NCBI RefSeq assembly: GCF_009914755.1
Contig: NC_060936.1
Source of the DNA: the human T2T-CHM13v2.0 reference genome, Homo sapiens
DNA length: 64,000 bases
Reading direction: 5' to 3' (one strand)
The translations under genes and the position numbers were made by a program. Position 1 is the stretch's first letter, and every line of letters starts with the position of its first letter. The notes under the pieces are model-generated. The model was given only the letters and a program-made list of their open reading frames with translations, ran no database searches and was not told where the DNA came from. Of this stretch, positions 27,870 to 44,562 are shown piece after piece.

Positions 27870-28165
27870 AAGTTAGGCTCCTACGTTCCCACAGAGACTG
27901 AGAGATAGTAGTGCTACCTCCTTCAGTGTTTACATTTCAAAGAAATGATTCCCAGGTCCTTAAGAGAGACATTTCCTGGGTTGTAAAACTGACAGGAGGC
28001 TGGGAAAATATTTGCATGCATTTCAGAGGGTGGGAGAAAGGATTTACAATGACAAGTTTTCCAAAGTAAATGCTCTAACAAACAGGAGGTCAGAGGCCCA
28101 GCTTTAAGAAGATACCTGTGTAAAATTTAGTCAAGCTGAAGGAAACTTTCAGGCCATCTTGGTCA
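27870..28165 (-). mobile_element. MER67-like ERV1 LTR, 5' part
   Basis: ttacatttcaaagaaatgattcccaggtcct...cctgggttgtaaaac; ends tttagtcaagctgaaggaaactttcaggccatcttggtca. Confidence 0.75.
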
Positions 28166-28304
28166 AACATGAGTATTTGACTTGCACTAAATTTAAATAT
28201 GTCAGACAGTTCTGATCATCCAAGGAATTGTGATGCTCAGTAAATTAACTCTAGAAAGGTTTCTGTTTGAGGTTCACCCAAACTTGGTGATAAAATGCTC
28301 ACTT

Positions 28305-28466
28305 CAATAGCTGAAACTTGGTTCATGGGCTAATAGCATCAGTATCAACCATGGACTTGTTGGAAATACTAAGTCTCATATTCCACTTCAGCCTATGAAA
28401 CAGGATCTGCCTTTTAACGAGATTCTCAGGTTATTTCTGTGCACCTTACGGTTTGAGACATACTGC
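28305..28466. mobile_element. MER5A-like hAT MITE
   Basis: agcatcagtatcaacc...cttgttggaaat...ttttaacgagattctcaggttattt...gtttgagacatactg. Confidence 0.75.
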
Positions 28467-29424
28467 CAGGTATTGTCTGCCTCTTTTTCATTTAACCCCA
28501 TCAGACTTTTTCAATTCGTTCCAATTGCACAGGCCCTTTGGCTCAGATTTATAGGGTCACAACTAGTTAGCCTACAAAATGACAACATTATTGTGTATCA
28601 ATAGGGAATAATGTATTCATGAAAACAACAGAATAACTGCCGTATTTTCTTGCAATCGATGTGATTTTAAAATATTCTTTTCTTTTTCAACTCAGTATAG
28701 AAGATAAAAAGTCAAGAGGTGAAAAACATCTTGTCCAGCCCTTTATACTAAGGGCTGTTTATCCTATCACATACACACCATACAATTATATACCATAATT
28801 CAAATTTAGCAGTTAAGATTCCATGATACACTCATAACTACTATGTGGCATGGAAGTATCTAATAGTAGAAGCTTAAAACAGCCTTTTATTATTGTCATA
28901 TGACCAATCTGGCTTTCAGAACTCTAGAAAACTATTTGGAAATACCCCATGGGCACTCTCAAAGAGTGTGACTCCTTACCTGATATTGATATATGTATAG
29001 GTTAACAAATGTTGAACAGATTTCTTTCATTTAAATTTCAATTGAGGGCTTGTAAAGTCTTTTCCCTTGTGTCTCTTTGTGGCAAACTATTTTACACCTC
29101 AAACACTTAAATTATAGTAAAATTTGAAAGTTACAGTGTGAAGAATCTTGAAATAAGAATTTTCAGATAACAATGTGACAGTATAGATACAAAGTCCATT
29201 TTGTGGAACTTAATACATTTTGGCGGCTTATTTTCAAATCTTTGACTTCTGAACTCAGTTTTGTTTGTTCCCTTTTTGTATGTTTTCTTACGTCCAGAAA
29301 CTAAGCAAATGAATGAGCTAGCTGAGTAGTTGAAACCCAGATATAACTCAAAGGTCAAGTCAAAGATTCTCCTCTGGATACATCTAAGATGTCAATGACT
29401 TGATCATCCACAAATTTCACACTC

Positions 29425-29851
29425 TGTCTTAGTCCACTGTCTGTTACTTATAACAGAATACCTGAAACTGAATAATTTATAAAGAATACAAATTTATTTC
29501 TTACAGCTATGAAGGCTGAGAAGTCCAAGGTCAAGGGGCCCTCACCTGGTGAAGGCCTTCTTGCTAGGGGGAACTCTGTAGAATCCTGAAGCAGCCCAGA
29601 CCATCGCATGTTGAGGAGGCAGAGTATGCCAAAAGTCTTTCTCTTCTTATAAAGGCAGCAGCCCCACTCCATTTATAAACTGTGAGTCCATAACTCATTA
29701 ATTCATTAATACCTGAATGAGTTAATCCACTGATAAAGGCAGAGCACTCATGACTCGATCATCTCTTAAAGGCCTCACCTCTCAATACTGTTGCATTGGG
29801 GATTAAATTTTAACATGCATTTTGGAGGGCACAAATAGTCAAACCATAGCA
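29425..29851 (-). mobile_element. MSTC/MSTD-like MaLR solo LTR
   Basis: tgtcttagtcc...ggctgagaagtccaaggtcaagggg...ttttggagggcacaaatagtcaaaccatagca. Confidence 0.88.
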
Positions 29852-29980
29852 CAAAACTCCCTTAAGGTTACAATTCTTTTTAAAGAAGACAGTTTAAATC
29901 CTACCTCAAAATTGTTCTTCAAGTTTTATCTTGAGTCAATTTTATTTCTGCTGAAATGTATTCACTTTTGAGTGATGTGT

Positions 29981-30080
29981 TTAGTCTAATACTCTAATAC
30001 TAATACTATTAGTATTACTACTACTACTAATAGTATTAGTCTAATACTTGAGTAATTAGTCTAATACTTAGACTAATTAT
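29981..30080. repeat. Nested direct and inverted micro-repeat (ttagtctaatact units)
   Basis: Three ttagtctaatact copies plus two perfect hairpins with 16-bp and 12-bp stems. Confidence 0.85.
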
Positions 30081-30639
30081 TTACTTTCTTCAACCCTAAA
30101 CCTATGTACATCCTAGGTTTAATGTGTATTTTATACTGTTCTATTCATCACATGTTAACAGTAGGGCCATTCAAAAATATGAATCTGCAGTTGTAAAGTG
30201 ACTAAATTTACATATAATATTATTTATCTACATATGAAAATACTATTATAATTCTAACACACATATATCTAAAATAACCTTTGGCCTTGCTGTCATGTGA
30301 AAGTTAGTATGCCACTTTAACAGTTTATGTATCTGCAACCAATGGCTTATTAGTTCTCACCTCAAATAAAAAGACATTCCTCCCTTAATATCTTTCTGGG
30401 ATCCTCCTAAGGGCAAAGTTGTTTCACAGCTAGTGCACATTGAACTAACCTTTGTGAAACTTCTGCTTCAGCTGCTACTCCTCCCCTTCCTCTTAACCTT
30501 TGTGTGGTCTTATTCTTTCTGCCCATACTGAATCACCTAAACCAGTCTGCTCCTGTCAACCTTCTTGAGCTGCCTACAAGATAGCACTGTGGCAGTGACT
30601 ACAAATAATCCCCAAACAGATATTTTTTTCTTCATGCCT

Positions 30640-30980
30640 TATATAATAACATCTTCATTTATTAGCATAGCCTTATGGCTGTCTCAAATGAAGACTGCAT
30701 TTCTTAGCCTCCTTTTAAGCTGTGTATGGCCATTAACTAAGTTTTGACCAATGAGGTGTGAATCTAAGTAATACATGAAATTTTCAAGGCATACTTATAC
30801 CTTTTCTAACCCCTTTCTCCCTTTCCCTATGACCTAATTAAAATGTAGAAGAACTGAAGAGCCATCTGAATCATGTAGATAAAGGCTATTTCCAAGAACA
30901 GCAGAGAGAAATTACAGGATTTAAAGAAAATTATACTGTGGAGTAACCATTTAAGCTTTAGACTGCCCAAACGTTAAGTT
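30640..30980 (+). mobile_element. Old MLT1 (J/I-like) LTR
   Basis: catttcttagcctccttttaagctgtgtatggccattaactaagttttgaccaatgag. Confidence 0.65.
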
Positions 30981-31043
30981 CATGAGTCTGTCGGTCAATC
31001 TCTCTCTCTCAAAGGTTCTATGGTCTTCTCTGTGATCTAATTT

Positions 31044-31158
31044 ACACTGGGATATATTATGTGTGTGTGTGTGTGTGTGTGTACACTATATATATATATA
31101 TATACACACATATGTATTTATATATGTATATGTATATACACACTGGGATATATTATGT
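31044..31158. repeat. (TG)n(TA)n microsatellite bracketed by a 19-bp direct repeat
   Basis: acactgggatatattatgt at 31044-31062 and 31140-31158. Confidence 0.9.
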
Positions 31159-31429
31159 CTTTAAACTTTGTAGACAAGATTTGAAGTATGTTATGTAGAA
31201 ATACTGTGACCTCTGAAAGTCAGATAATACGGCTAAATTCCATAAGTAGTAGAGATATTTACACACCAGTTATACATGAGTCTCTTAAATACTTTTGATG
31301 AGAAGCTCCTACTATACATATTTATTAGGAGAAATTATTATTCATCACAGACTGCCACTAGGAGTATAACCACACAAAAAATAATCATTAGTTTTAAACT
31401 ACTAAAGATGTAAATACATAATATATCCA

Positions 31430-31620
31430 GTATTTTTCCTGAATCTACTTTTTAACCGGATAAATTTCTTTCAATAAATCAGCTAATCTCTAAGCTTCAG
31501 TTTCCAATTCTACAAAATCAAGATAGTAATCTTGCTTATTTTACAGGGTTGTTGTGGGCATCAAGTGGGAATATATGAGGGAAATTTTCAAGCTGTGAAA
31601 CAAAGCATACACATTTGAGG
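31430..31620 (+). mobile_element. MIR
   Basis: taatctctaagcttcagtttccaattctacaaaat...ttacagggttgttgtgggcatcaagtg. Confidence 0.75.
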
Positions 31621-31771
31621 ATATGTTATAGAAACAAAACTTCTTGCCTATCATACTTTCACAGTGGTAAGTTTCTCTTTATTTTCTTATTACATTTCAA
31701 TACAAATGCTTCACTTTATGGTATGTTAAGCCAATAATGATGCCATTAATAATATATTTTATATTCTGAAT

Positions 31772-32030
31772 GAATATTCATTCCTTTAACAGACATTGGC
31801 ATATACTATGTACCAGACATCTTCAGGTAAGTGAAAGTTTGTACCCTTCAAGGAACTTAAATTCCAATAATGTATAAGGTAGAAAGAAAGGGATAACTAT
31901 TGCAAAATGAGACTTTCAATGATAGACTTAAATGTGGGATACTATTGGAACATAAAATTTTGCAGAAGGAGAGAGGCATTCTGAAGATATTAGGTTCCCA
32001 CGTGAAGAAAGAGGTGTATTGGTTAACAAT
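31772..32030 (-). mobile_element. L2 3' fragment
   Basis: attcattcctttaacagacatt...tactatgtaccagaca...tacccttcaaggaactta. Confidence 0.6.
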
Positions 32031-32124
32031 AGTCTTGATTCAAATAGCATAAACCTAAATACAACTAGCTCAATAAATAAATAAATAGTAGGAAAAGTGT
32101 TGTTATGTAATTGAACAGTCGATG

Positions 32125-35808
<3,684 letters not shown>

Positions 35809-35817
35809 GTGTAAAGT

Positions 35818-35995
35818 ATTTCCATTTCCCTGATCATTAGTGATGTTGGGCATTTTTTCAGATGTTTGTTGGTCATTTGTATATCTTCTTTTGAGAATTG
35901 TTTGTTCATGTCCTTTGCACATTTTTTGAATGGATAATTTGTTTTTTTTTCTTGCTAATTTGTTTGAGTTCCTTGTAGATTCCAGACGTTATTAG
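35818..35995 (-). mobile_element. L1PB fragment (outer end of the inverted arm of the twin-primed L1PB)
   Basis: catttccctgatcattagtgatg...gagttccttgtagattccagacgttattag; the consensus continues with tcctttgtc, found at 38851. Confidence 0.88.
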
Positions 35996-36399
35996 AATTT
36001 TATGCATTTTATGTTTTCTTATATGTGGGTTTTTGGACAATTACTCCAGTGGGCCAACATTTCTCTTTCCCTTAGATTTTCATTTTCTCATTTGAGTGGA
36101 AATTCATTCCTTCAGCCCATCTGGAATTCACTCATGATCAGTGTCAAATAGAATATTCCTTTCTTCTCCACCTGAATACCTGGTGCACACAAAATAGATA
36201 CATATTAAGTTACTATTGCTTGTAAAACGCTAAAGGTAATATTTTTAATATTATTTCAAAAATAGATATAACATTACATAGCCAAATTTATATATATCAT
36301 TCATCCAGAACTCCCAAGAATTTTGTCAGGACTCATTTTTCCTACAGTAGGTCTATTCATTATTAGTACATTCTAATTTTTATAGAAGGGATAGTCAAT

Positions 36400-37170
36400 A
36401 ATTTCCATTGCCTCTGCAGCATCCTTCTCCCATCCCCATTTCCATCAGGCCTGACTTCAGTTTGGGGAGCAATATGGTCCTGTTGAGACTAACTCCTCTT
36501 CTGGCTTCAGTGGTAGAAAAAATAGCCTTATCTAAACCAGTATTGTGGCCTGAATTGTGTACTCTCAAAATTTATATGTTAAAATCCTAATTCACTATAC
36601 TTCAAAATGTGACTGTATTTAGAGATAGGGTCTTTAAAAAGGTAATTAAATTAAAATGAGGCCAAATGGGTAGGCCCTAATTCAATGTGGCTGATGCCCT
36701 TATAAGAAGAGGAGACTAAGACACAAAGAGACAGAGAGAAGACCATGGGAAAACACAGAGAGAAGATGGCCATCTAGCAGCCAGGAAAGAGGCCTTCAGA
36801 ATAAATCAACACTGAGAACACCTTGACCTTGAACTCCTAGCCTCTATAATCATAAGAAAATAAGTTTCTGTTGTTTAGGCAACCCCGTCAGGGGTACTTT
36901 GTTGTAACAGTCACAGCAAACTAACTCAGCCAGGTAGTTATTGGTCCAGTGGTGGGTAGGAGATCTAAGTAATTTGGGAGTACATCTTAGCACTTTTGTT
37001 TAAAATAGGGTGAAAAAGACATTCCCTCTTTCTTACTGAGAATAATGAGGAAGGATGTCATGCTAAGTGCTACCAAAATTCATCTTAGTATCATAAGAGA
37101 GGCTTCCCTTGGGATGAAACCAATCCCATAAAGACAGAATGTTGTCAGATTCTACCAAATCTACTTATAT
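36400..37170 (+). mobile_element. Old MLT1K/L-like LTR split by MLT1B
   Basis: gactaactcctcttctggcttcagtgg...ctaaaccag, resuming with ttattggtccagtggtggg...gggatgaaaccaa. Confidence 0.5.
36541..36928 (+). mobile_element. MLT1B solo LTR
   Basis: gaattgtgtactctcaaaatttatatgttaaaatcctaa...aatgtgactgtatttagagatagggtc...gcaaactaactca; 5-bp TSD accag/gccag. Confidence 0.9.
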
Positions 37171-37176
37171 ATGTAA

Positions 37177-37501
<325 letters not shown>

Positions 37502-37595
37502 ACTGTCTACTTGTATATTTTTAAGTTAGGTAAGCCAATAAGTTATTTACAGTTGAGCCATATAAAATTACTGATATTTGACCATTTTTGATTAT

Positions 37596-37757
37596 AATTA
37601 GCTGGGCTTGGTGGTGTGTGCCTGTAATCCCAGCTACACTGAGGAGGGAGGACTGCTTGAGCCCCGGAGTTAGAAGCTGCAGTGAGCTATGATTGCACCA
37701 TTGCATTCTAGTGGGGGCAGAGTGAGACCTGCCTCTAAAAAAACAAACAAACAAAAA
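37596..37757 (+). mobile_element. Alu right monomer (FRAM/AluJ)
   Basis: aattagctgggcttggtggtg...gctgcagtgagctatgattgcacc with an A-rich tail. Confidence 0.88.
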
Positions 37758-38177
37758 TTTTTTGTGAGCAAAATATTCATTAACAAATCCTGAATGCATT
37801 GCTCTATTGCTTGGGCATCCAGTAGGTGACCAAAGTTCATGTTGATCAACTGAATACATTGATTAATCTAGAACTTCTGTTACAGCTGATAAAATTGTCT
37901 TAAATGAAGTGATGGGCACATAAAGGTCTATACCTTTGAGAATTTTTATCTTGTTAAACAGCTACAAAGACATAAATTTAATTCTAAATCAAAGTAAAAA
38001 TTATTAATTATTCAAGGAGTATATTGATACTAGTGGAATATTTGATGAAATAATTTGAAAGAAATTCTTCAGTTTGACTGTAAAGATATAAAGGCAATTA
38101 TTGGTAAATGTACCACTAAATTTATTACTCTTAATATAAACTTTGATCTCTTTCTTCATATCTGATGTCTATTTGCT

Positions 38178-38330
38178 TTTCATTCATTCATTCAACAAAT
38201 ATTTAGTAACTATTTTCTGTCTATTAAGCACTGTGAAACACACAGGTATAAACAGGTAAACAAAATGAACAAAGAACCTGGTAAAAGTTGCTTATTGCAT
38301 AATTGAATGAGACATTACCCAAAGGAATAC
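38178..38330 (-). mobile_element. L2 3' end
   Basis: ttcattcattcattcaacaaatatttagtaa...aagcactgtg. Confidence 0.8.
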
Positions 38331-38724
38331 AAATATTCACACGCAAATGAATACACACAAACACACACACACATATATATACATACAGACATAAAACTTA
38401 CTGTAGTAAATAACTCTTTTATACTTACAGAAGCTCTATCTAAGCTAACTCTGATTCAACAAATTAGGGTAGGGATGGTACTCAGAAAATCTATGTCCTT
38501 GTCCACAATAATTGTTCATGGATAGACATGTAATCCAAGCTGAGGTATCACAAGCCTTCCATAAGTCTTTGCTGGAGGTAGTCATGAGAAAATACCATCT
38601 TTTCTCAGTAGCTTCAGCTGTAATGAAGATTTATGCCTAGAATTGCTGGTTACCATTATATACACCATAAAAAGGGAGATTTCAATTGAGAGTAAAGTAA
38701 ATGCAAAAGAAAGTATATGGGGCA

Positions 38725-38850
38725 TGGGGGGCAGGGGGCAAAGCCAAGAAGGCCAACTGGAAGCAGTGGCAATCAGAGGCTCCCATTGCAAAGATCAAAA
38801 ACGGTGTGAATCCCACACCAGCAACTGAGGTATTTAGGTTCTGTCATTAG
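38725..38850 (+). mobile_element. Extreme 5' end (~125 bp) of an L1PA8-12-like 5'UTR
   Basis: gccaagaaggccaactggaagcag (degenerate CAAGATGGC YY1 start)...gcaactgaggtatttaggttctgtcattag. Confidence 0.85.
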
Positions 38851-39980
38851 TCCTTTGTCCAATGTGTAGATTGTGAATATTTTCTGCCACGCTGTGAGTT
38901 GTCTGTTTACTCTGCTGATTGTTTCTTTAGCTGTGCAGAAACTTTTAGTTTAATTAAGTTAATTAGTTAACTTTTAGTTTAAGTATTTAGTTTAATAATT
39001 TAGTTTAATTTATCATTGTTTTTCTTGCACTTGATTTGGGTTCTTGGTCATGAAGTCTTTGCGTAAGCCAGTGTCTGGAAGGGTTTTTCCAATGTTCTTT
39101 TCTATAATTTTCATGGTTTCAGGTCTTAGATTTAAGTCCTTGATCCATCTTGAGTTGATTTTTGTATAAGGTGAGAGACGAGTATCACATTTTATTCTTC
39201 TACATGTGGCTTGCCGATTATCCCAGCACCATCTGTTGAATAGTGTGTCCTCTCCCCACTTTATGTTTTTGTTTGCTTTGTTGAAGATCAGTTGGCTGCA
39301 AGTATTTGGCTTGGTTTCTGGGTTCTCTATTCTGTTCCATTGGTCTATATGCCTATTTTTATACCAGTATCATGCTGTTTTGGTGACTACGGGCTTACAG
39401 TATAGTTTGAAGTCAAGTAATGTGATGCCTCAGGCTTTGTTCTTTCTGCTTAGTTTTGCTTTGGCTATGTGGGCTCTTTTTTGTTTCCATATGAATTTTA
39501 GGATTCTTTTTTCTAGTTCTGTGAAGAATGATTGTGATGTTTTGATGGGAATTGCACTGTATTTGTAGATTGCTTTTGGCAGTGTGATCATCTTCACAAT
39601 ATTGATTCTATCCATCCATGAACATGGGATGTGTTTTCATTTGTTTGTATTGTGCATAATGTCTTTCAACAGTGTTTTTACTTTTCCTTGTAGAGGTCTT
39701 TCACCTCCTTGGTTAGGTATATTTCTAAATATTTTATTATATTTTCAGCTATTATAAAAGTTGTTGAGTTTTTTATTTGAATCTCAGCTTGGTTGCTGTT
39801 GGTGTATAGCAGAGCTACTGATTTGTGTACATTAATTTTGTATCCTGAAACTTTGCTGAATTCATTTATCAGTTGTAGGAGCTTTCTGGAGGAGTCTTTA
39901 GGTTTTTCCAGGTATATGATAATATGATCAGCAAACAGTGATAGTTCAACTTCCTCTTTACAGATTTGGATACCCTTTAT
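38851..39980 (-). mobile_element. L1PB ORF2, inverted arm of the twin-primed element
   Basis: Peptides [23 protein letters not shown] and [23 protein letters not shown] on the minus strand. Confidence 0.93.
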
Positions 39981-40404
39981 ACCACCTTTCTCCTGCAAGA
40001 ATGGCCATAGTCAAAAAATAAAAAAAAATAGATGTTGGCAGGGATGCAGTGAAAAGTGAACATTTTTACACTGCTGATGGGAATGTAAACTAGTACAACC
40101 ATTATGGAAAACAGTGTGGAGAGTCCTTAAATAACTAAAAGTAGAACTACCATTTGATCCAGCAATCATACTACTAGGTATCTACACAGAGGAAAAAAAG
40201 GCACTATATGAAAAAGATACTTGCACATGCATGTTTATAGCAGCACAATTTGCAATTGCAAAAAACATGGAACCAACCCAAATGGAACGAACCCAAATAT
40301 ATATATACACATAGATGTATATATATATATACACATAGATGTATATATATATATACACATAGATGTATATATATATACACACACATAGATATATATATAC
40401 ACAC

Positions 40405-40444
<40 letters not shown>

Positions 40445-40533
40445 ATATATATGTATATGTATATATATATACACACATATATATGTATATGTGTATATAT
40501 ATATATACACACATATATATGTATATGTGTGTG

Positions 40534-40567
<34 letters not shown>

Positions 40568-40980
40568 TATACATACACCATGGAATACTACTCAGCCATT
40601 AAAAAAACAATGAAATAATGACATTTACAGCAACCTAGATGGAATTGGAGACCATTATTCTAAGTCAAGTAACTAAGGAATGGAAAACCAAACATTGTAT
40701 CTTCTCACTTTCTCACTCATACATGGGAGCTAAGCTACCAGGATGCAAAAGCATAAGAATGACACAATGGACTTTGGAGACTTGGGAGAAAGGGCAGGAG
40801 GGGGGTTGAGGGATAAAAGACTACCAACTGGGTACAGTGTATACTGCTCGGGTGATGGGTACACCAAAATCTCACAAATCACCACTAAGGAACTTACTGA
40901 TATAACCAAACACCACCTGTTGGCCCCAAAACCTATGGAAATAAACAAAAAATAAAGATTAAAAAAAATCTAAGACAATA
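39979..40980 (+). mobile_element. L1PB1-like 3' end with A-rich tail
   Basis: ataccacctttctcctgcaagaatggcc...aaatctcacaaatcaccactaaggaactta...cctatggaaataaa. Confidence 0.93.
40297..40578. repeat. Compound (TA)/(CA)/(TG) repeat expanded inside L1PB
   Basis: Higher-order units atatatatatacacatagatgt and acacacatatatatgtatatgt, three copies each. Confidence 0.93.
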
Positions 40981-41080
40981 AAAATTAGAACTGTAAAGTA
41001 AATTGGATTTAGTCAAAACTCTGAAGTTTATATACTTAGAGAAATTTAAAGTTGAAAGGAACCTATGGAATTATGCAGTC

Positions 41081-41290
41081 CAGCACTATTCTATAAAATT
41101 TTCTGTGATCATAGAAATGGTATATATTTGCATTTTCTCTTACAGTAGCCACCCGTCAAATGTGGCCATTAAACCCTTGAAATGTGGCTAGTGTGACTGA
41201 GAAACTTAATGTTTTTATTTTATTTAATGTCAATTAATTTAAATTTAAATAGTCACATGTGTCTAGTTACTATTATAGTATATAAAACAG
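41081..41290. mobile_element. MER3 hAT DNA transposon
   Basis: ttctgtgatcatagaaatg...cttgaaatgtggctagtgtgactgag...aatttaaatttaaatagtcacatgtg. Confidence 0.85.
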
Positions 41291-41304
41291 ATCTAGAAAA
41301 ACTA

Positions 41305-41500
41305 ATAATCATTATAATAGACAACACTTGTTGGCTTATTTCTATGTATCGTACTAAATGCTGACAAGTATACTTTCATAAGAAACCCTTTAGGCAAGAA
41401 CTATTATTATTATGCTAAATTTTTAAGTGAGGATACCAAGGCTTAGAGTGACTGACTTCTCAGTATTGAGACAGATGATCTGACTCCAAAGCTTGAAACC
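41305..41500 (-). mobile_element. MIR
   Basis: aactattattattatgctaaatttttaagtgaggataccaaggcttagag...tctgactccaaagc. Confidence 0.7.
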
Positions 41501-41785
41501 AGTATGTTTTACCTTGTAGGTAAATAAACCAACTTTGGTGAATGTAAATAACCTCCTAAAATCTCACAGATTTTTTGTGCCAGAGCGAAGACTGTAACTG
41601 AGAGCATTATTTAGCAACCACTGGGCTTCAGTTTTCAAACTTAATGTAATTCAAGTCTGTGCATTTATGGGAATGTCTAGAAAATGTCAGCCTCTAGATA
41701 ATAGAGATATTAACAAACAATGTAAATATTTTTAGTTATATTGAAGTTGAGTGAGACTATATATAATAAAAATGATAAATGTAGG

Positions 41786-42095
<310 letters not shown>

Positions 42096-42571
42096 TTACA
42101 TAGTAGGTTAGAGCGTAATAGATAATAAGAAAAAGGAAAAAAGAAACAGTAGGGAAAAGCTGGGAGTTATGAATGCTGAGGTTATGGTGATAGTTGCAGT
42201 TTTAAATAGGATAAGGTAAACTTTAGTGAGAAGGTAGAATTTGAGCAAGTCCCTCAAGGAAGTAAAATAGTCATAAAGATAACTAATGAAAAATTATTTG
42301 AGGCACAAGGAATAGCTATAAAACGTTTTTAGGCATGTATTTCCCGAGCAAATTCATGTAACAGCAAAGAGGCCAGTGTGGCTGGAGCAGGAGTGAAAAG
42401 GGAAGTTAAGAGAAGCTGAAGGGCAAGATCTTGGTGTGGAGAACTGAAGGATGTTATAACAACTTTTACCTGAGTGAAATTAGGTTTCTTTGTGTATTTT
42501 GAGTGTAGAGCTGGCTGTATCTGACTCACTCTTTTGAAAAGATTGCTCTAATTGTTGTTTGGGGCCAAAAG

Positions 42572-42966
42572 TGAGGTTGCTGGAGCCCTTCAGCAGCAGA
42601 ACACGACTCTAGGGGTGGGGCTCAACTCTGGACCAGATTGAAGACTGGCTGACATATTCACCAGCTTACCCATTTCCTGGCAGCAACCCTGAAGTTACCA
42701 CCCTTTCTCTAGAAATTTCTGAATAACCTGACCCTAATTTGCATGTAATAAAGTGAATATAGATGTGACAGCAGAACTGCCTGTGAGCTGCTATCTTCAA
42801 CATACTGCCTTTGGGATAGCCCTGCTCTGCAATAGTAGTCACAGAGCTGTAATGCTGCTGCCTCAATTAGCCTGTTTATTTAACTCGCCCTTGAATTTCT
42901 GCCTGGGCAAAATCAACAACCTTTTCAGACAGAGCATCAATTTGGGGGCTTTCCTGCCCTGAAACA
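42572..42966 (+). mobile_element. ERV1 solo LTR, MER66-like
   Basis: TG...CA termini with perfect 4-bp TSD aaag; ggaccagattgaagactggctga and ctagaaatttctgaataa motifs. Confidence 0.8.
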
Positions 42967-43022
42967 AAAGGAGACCAGTTTAGACTACTTGGATAATTGA
43001 GATGATTAATGATTGTAGCTCA

Positions 43023-43440
43023 TGTGTTCGTCCCCTCTCAGACTGCTACAAAGAAATATCTGAGCCTGGGGTAATTTATGAAGAAAAGAGGTTTAATTGG
43101 CTCAATGGTTCTGCAGGCTGTACAGGTAGCATGACATTGGCATCTACTCAGTTTCTGGGGAGGTCTTAGGAAACTTACACTCATGGTAGAAGGTGAAGGC
43201 GGATCAGGCACATCACACAGCTAGAGTAGGAGCAAGAGAGAGCCGGGCAAGTGCCACACACTTTCAGATCTAGTGAGAACTCACTAATTGTCAGGAGAAC
43301 AGCACTATGGGGATGGTGCTAAGCCATTCATGAGAAACTACCCCTATGATCTAATCATCTCCCACCAGACCCTACCTCTAACAATGGGGATTACAATTTG
43401 ATATAAGATTTGGGCAGGGGCACAAATTCAAATTATATCA
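43023..43440 (-). mobile_element. MSTA/MSTB solo LTR
   Basis: aagaaaagaggtttaattggctc...ggttctgcaggctgtacagg; perfect 5-bp TSD gctca. Confidence 0.92.
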
Positions 43441-44140
43441 GCTCACTACAGCTGTAAAATGTGGTCAGATCATGAGTATGTTTTGAAGACAGAACTAATT
43501 GAACTTTCTATAGGATGTAAGGTAAGAGAAAAGGAAAGGAATAAATGACTAATTTTGGTGGGGCCTCAAAAGATAGAAGAAAGGGGTTGACATCAACCAT
43601 GATACTGAAGGCTGCAAGTGGTGCACATTTGGGGAAGAAGTTCAGGAGTTCAAATTTGCATTTATTGAGTTTGATATGTCTAAAAGTTGTGAAATAGAGA
43701 TAACAAAAAAGCAGTTGAATCTAGGATGTTGAGAGTTATCTAGGCCAAATATATAAATTTTGGAAGAGTCAGCATATAGATGATATTTAAACCATCAGAT
43801 TAGTTCATATAAGAGTGAAAATAAGAAGACCAAGAATTAAGCCATGTGATACTGCACCATTATGAAGTCCAGGGAGAAGAGCAAAATACCAGCAAAGGAG
43901 ATGAGACAGAGCAGTCACTGCAGTGAGAGAAAAACCAAGAATGTTGTGTCCTAAAAGCCAGGAAAAGACTATATATCAAGGATGAGGGAATGATCAATTT
44001 CATCAAATGCTGATAATATGTCAATATGGAACTAGCAATTATCCATTGGCAACCTAGAAATCACTGGATGTATCATTAAGATCAGTTATGTTTGAGCTTA
44101 AGCATGAACACTTGATTGAAGTGAGTTTAGGAAAGAATAA

Positions 44141-44562
<422 letters not shown>

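Noticed and set aside
29981-30080. CRISPR-like or pre-miRNA interpretation of the palindromic repeats
   Set aside because: Eukaryotic context, no regular repeat-spacer period and no cas genes; the stems are short and very AT-rich
15155-31835. Isolated strong splice donors (aggtaagt at ~15161, caggtaag at ~16996 and ~31824)
   Set aside because: No paired acceptor with a credible reading frame; such motifs are expected by chance and two lie in old repeats
40182-40618. Overlapping Y/I/H/T/C/V-rich ORFs, also at 21395, 27311 and 9614
   Set aside because: Translations of TA/CA/TG microsatellites, which lack stop codons
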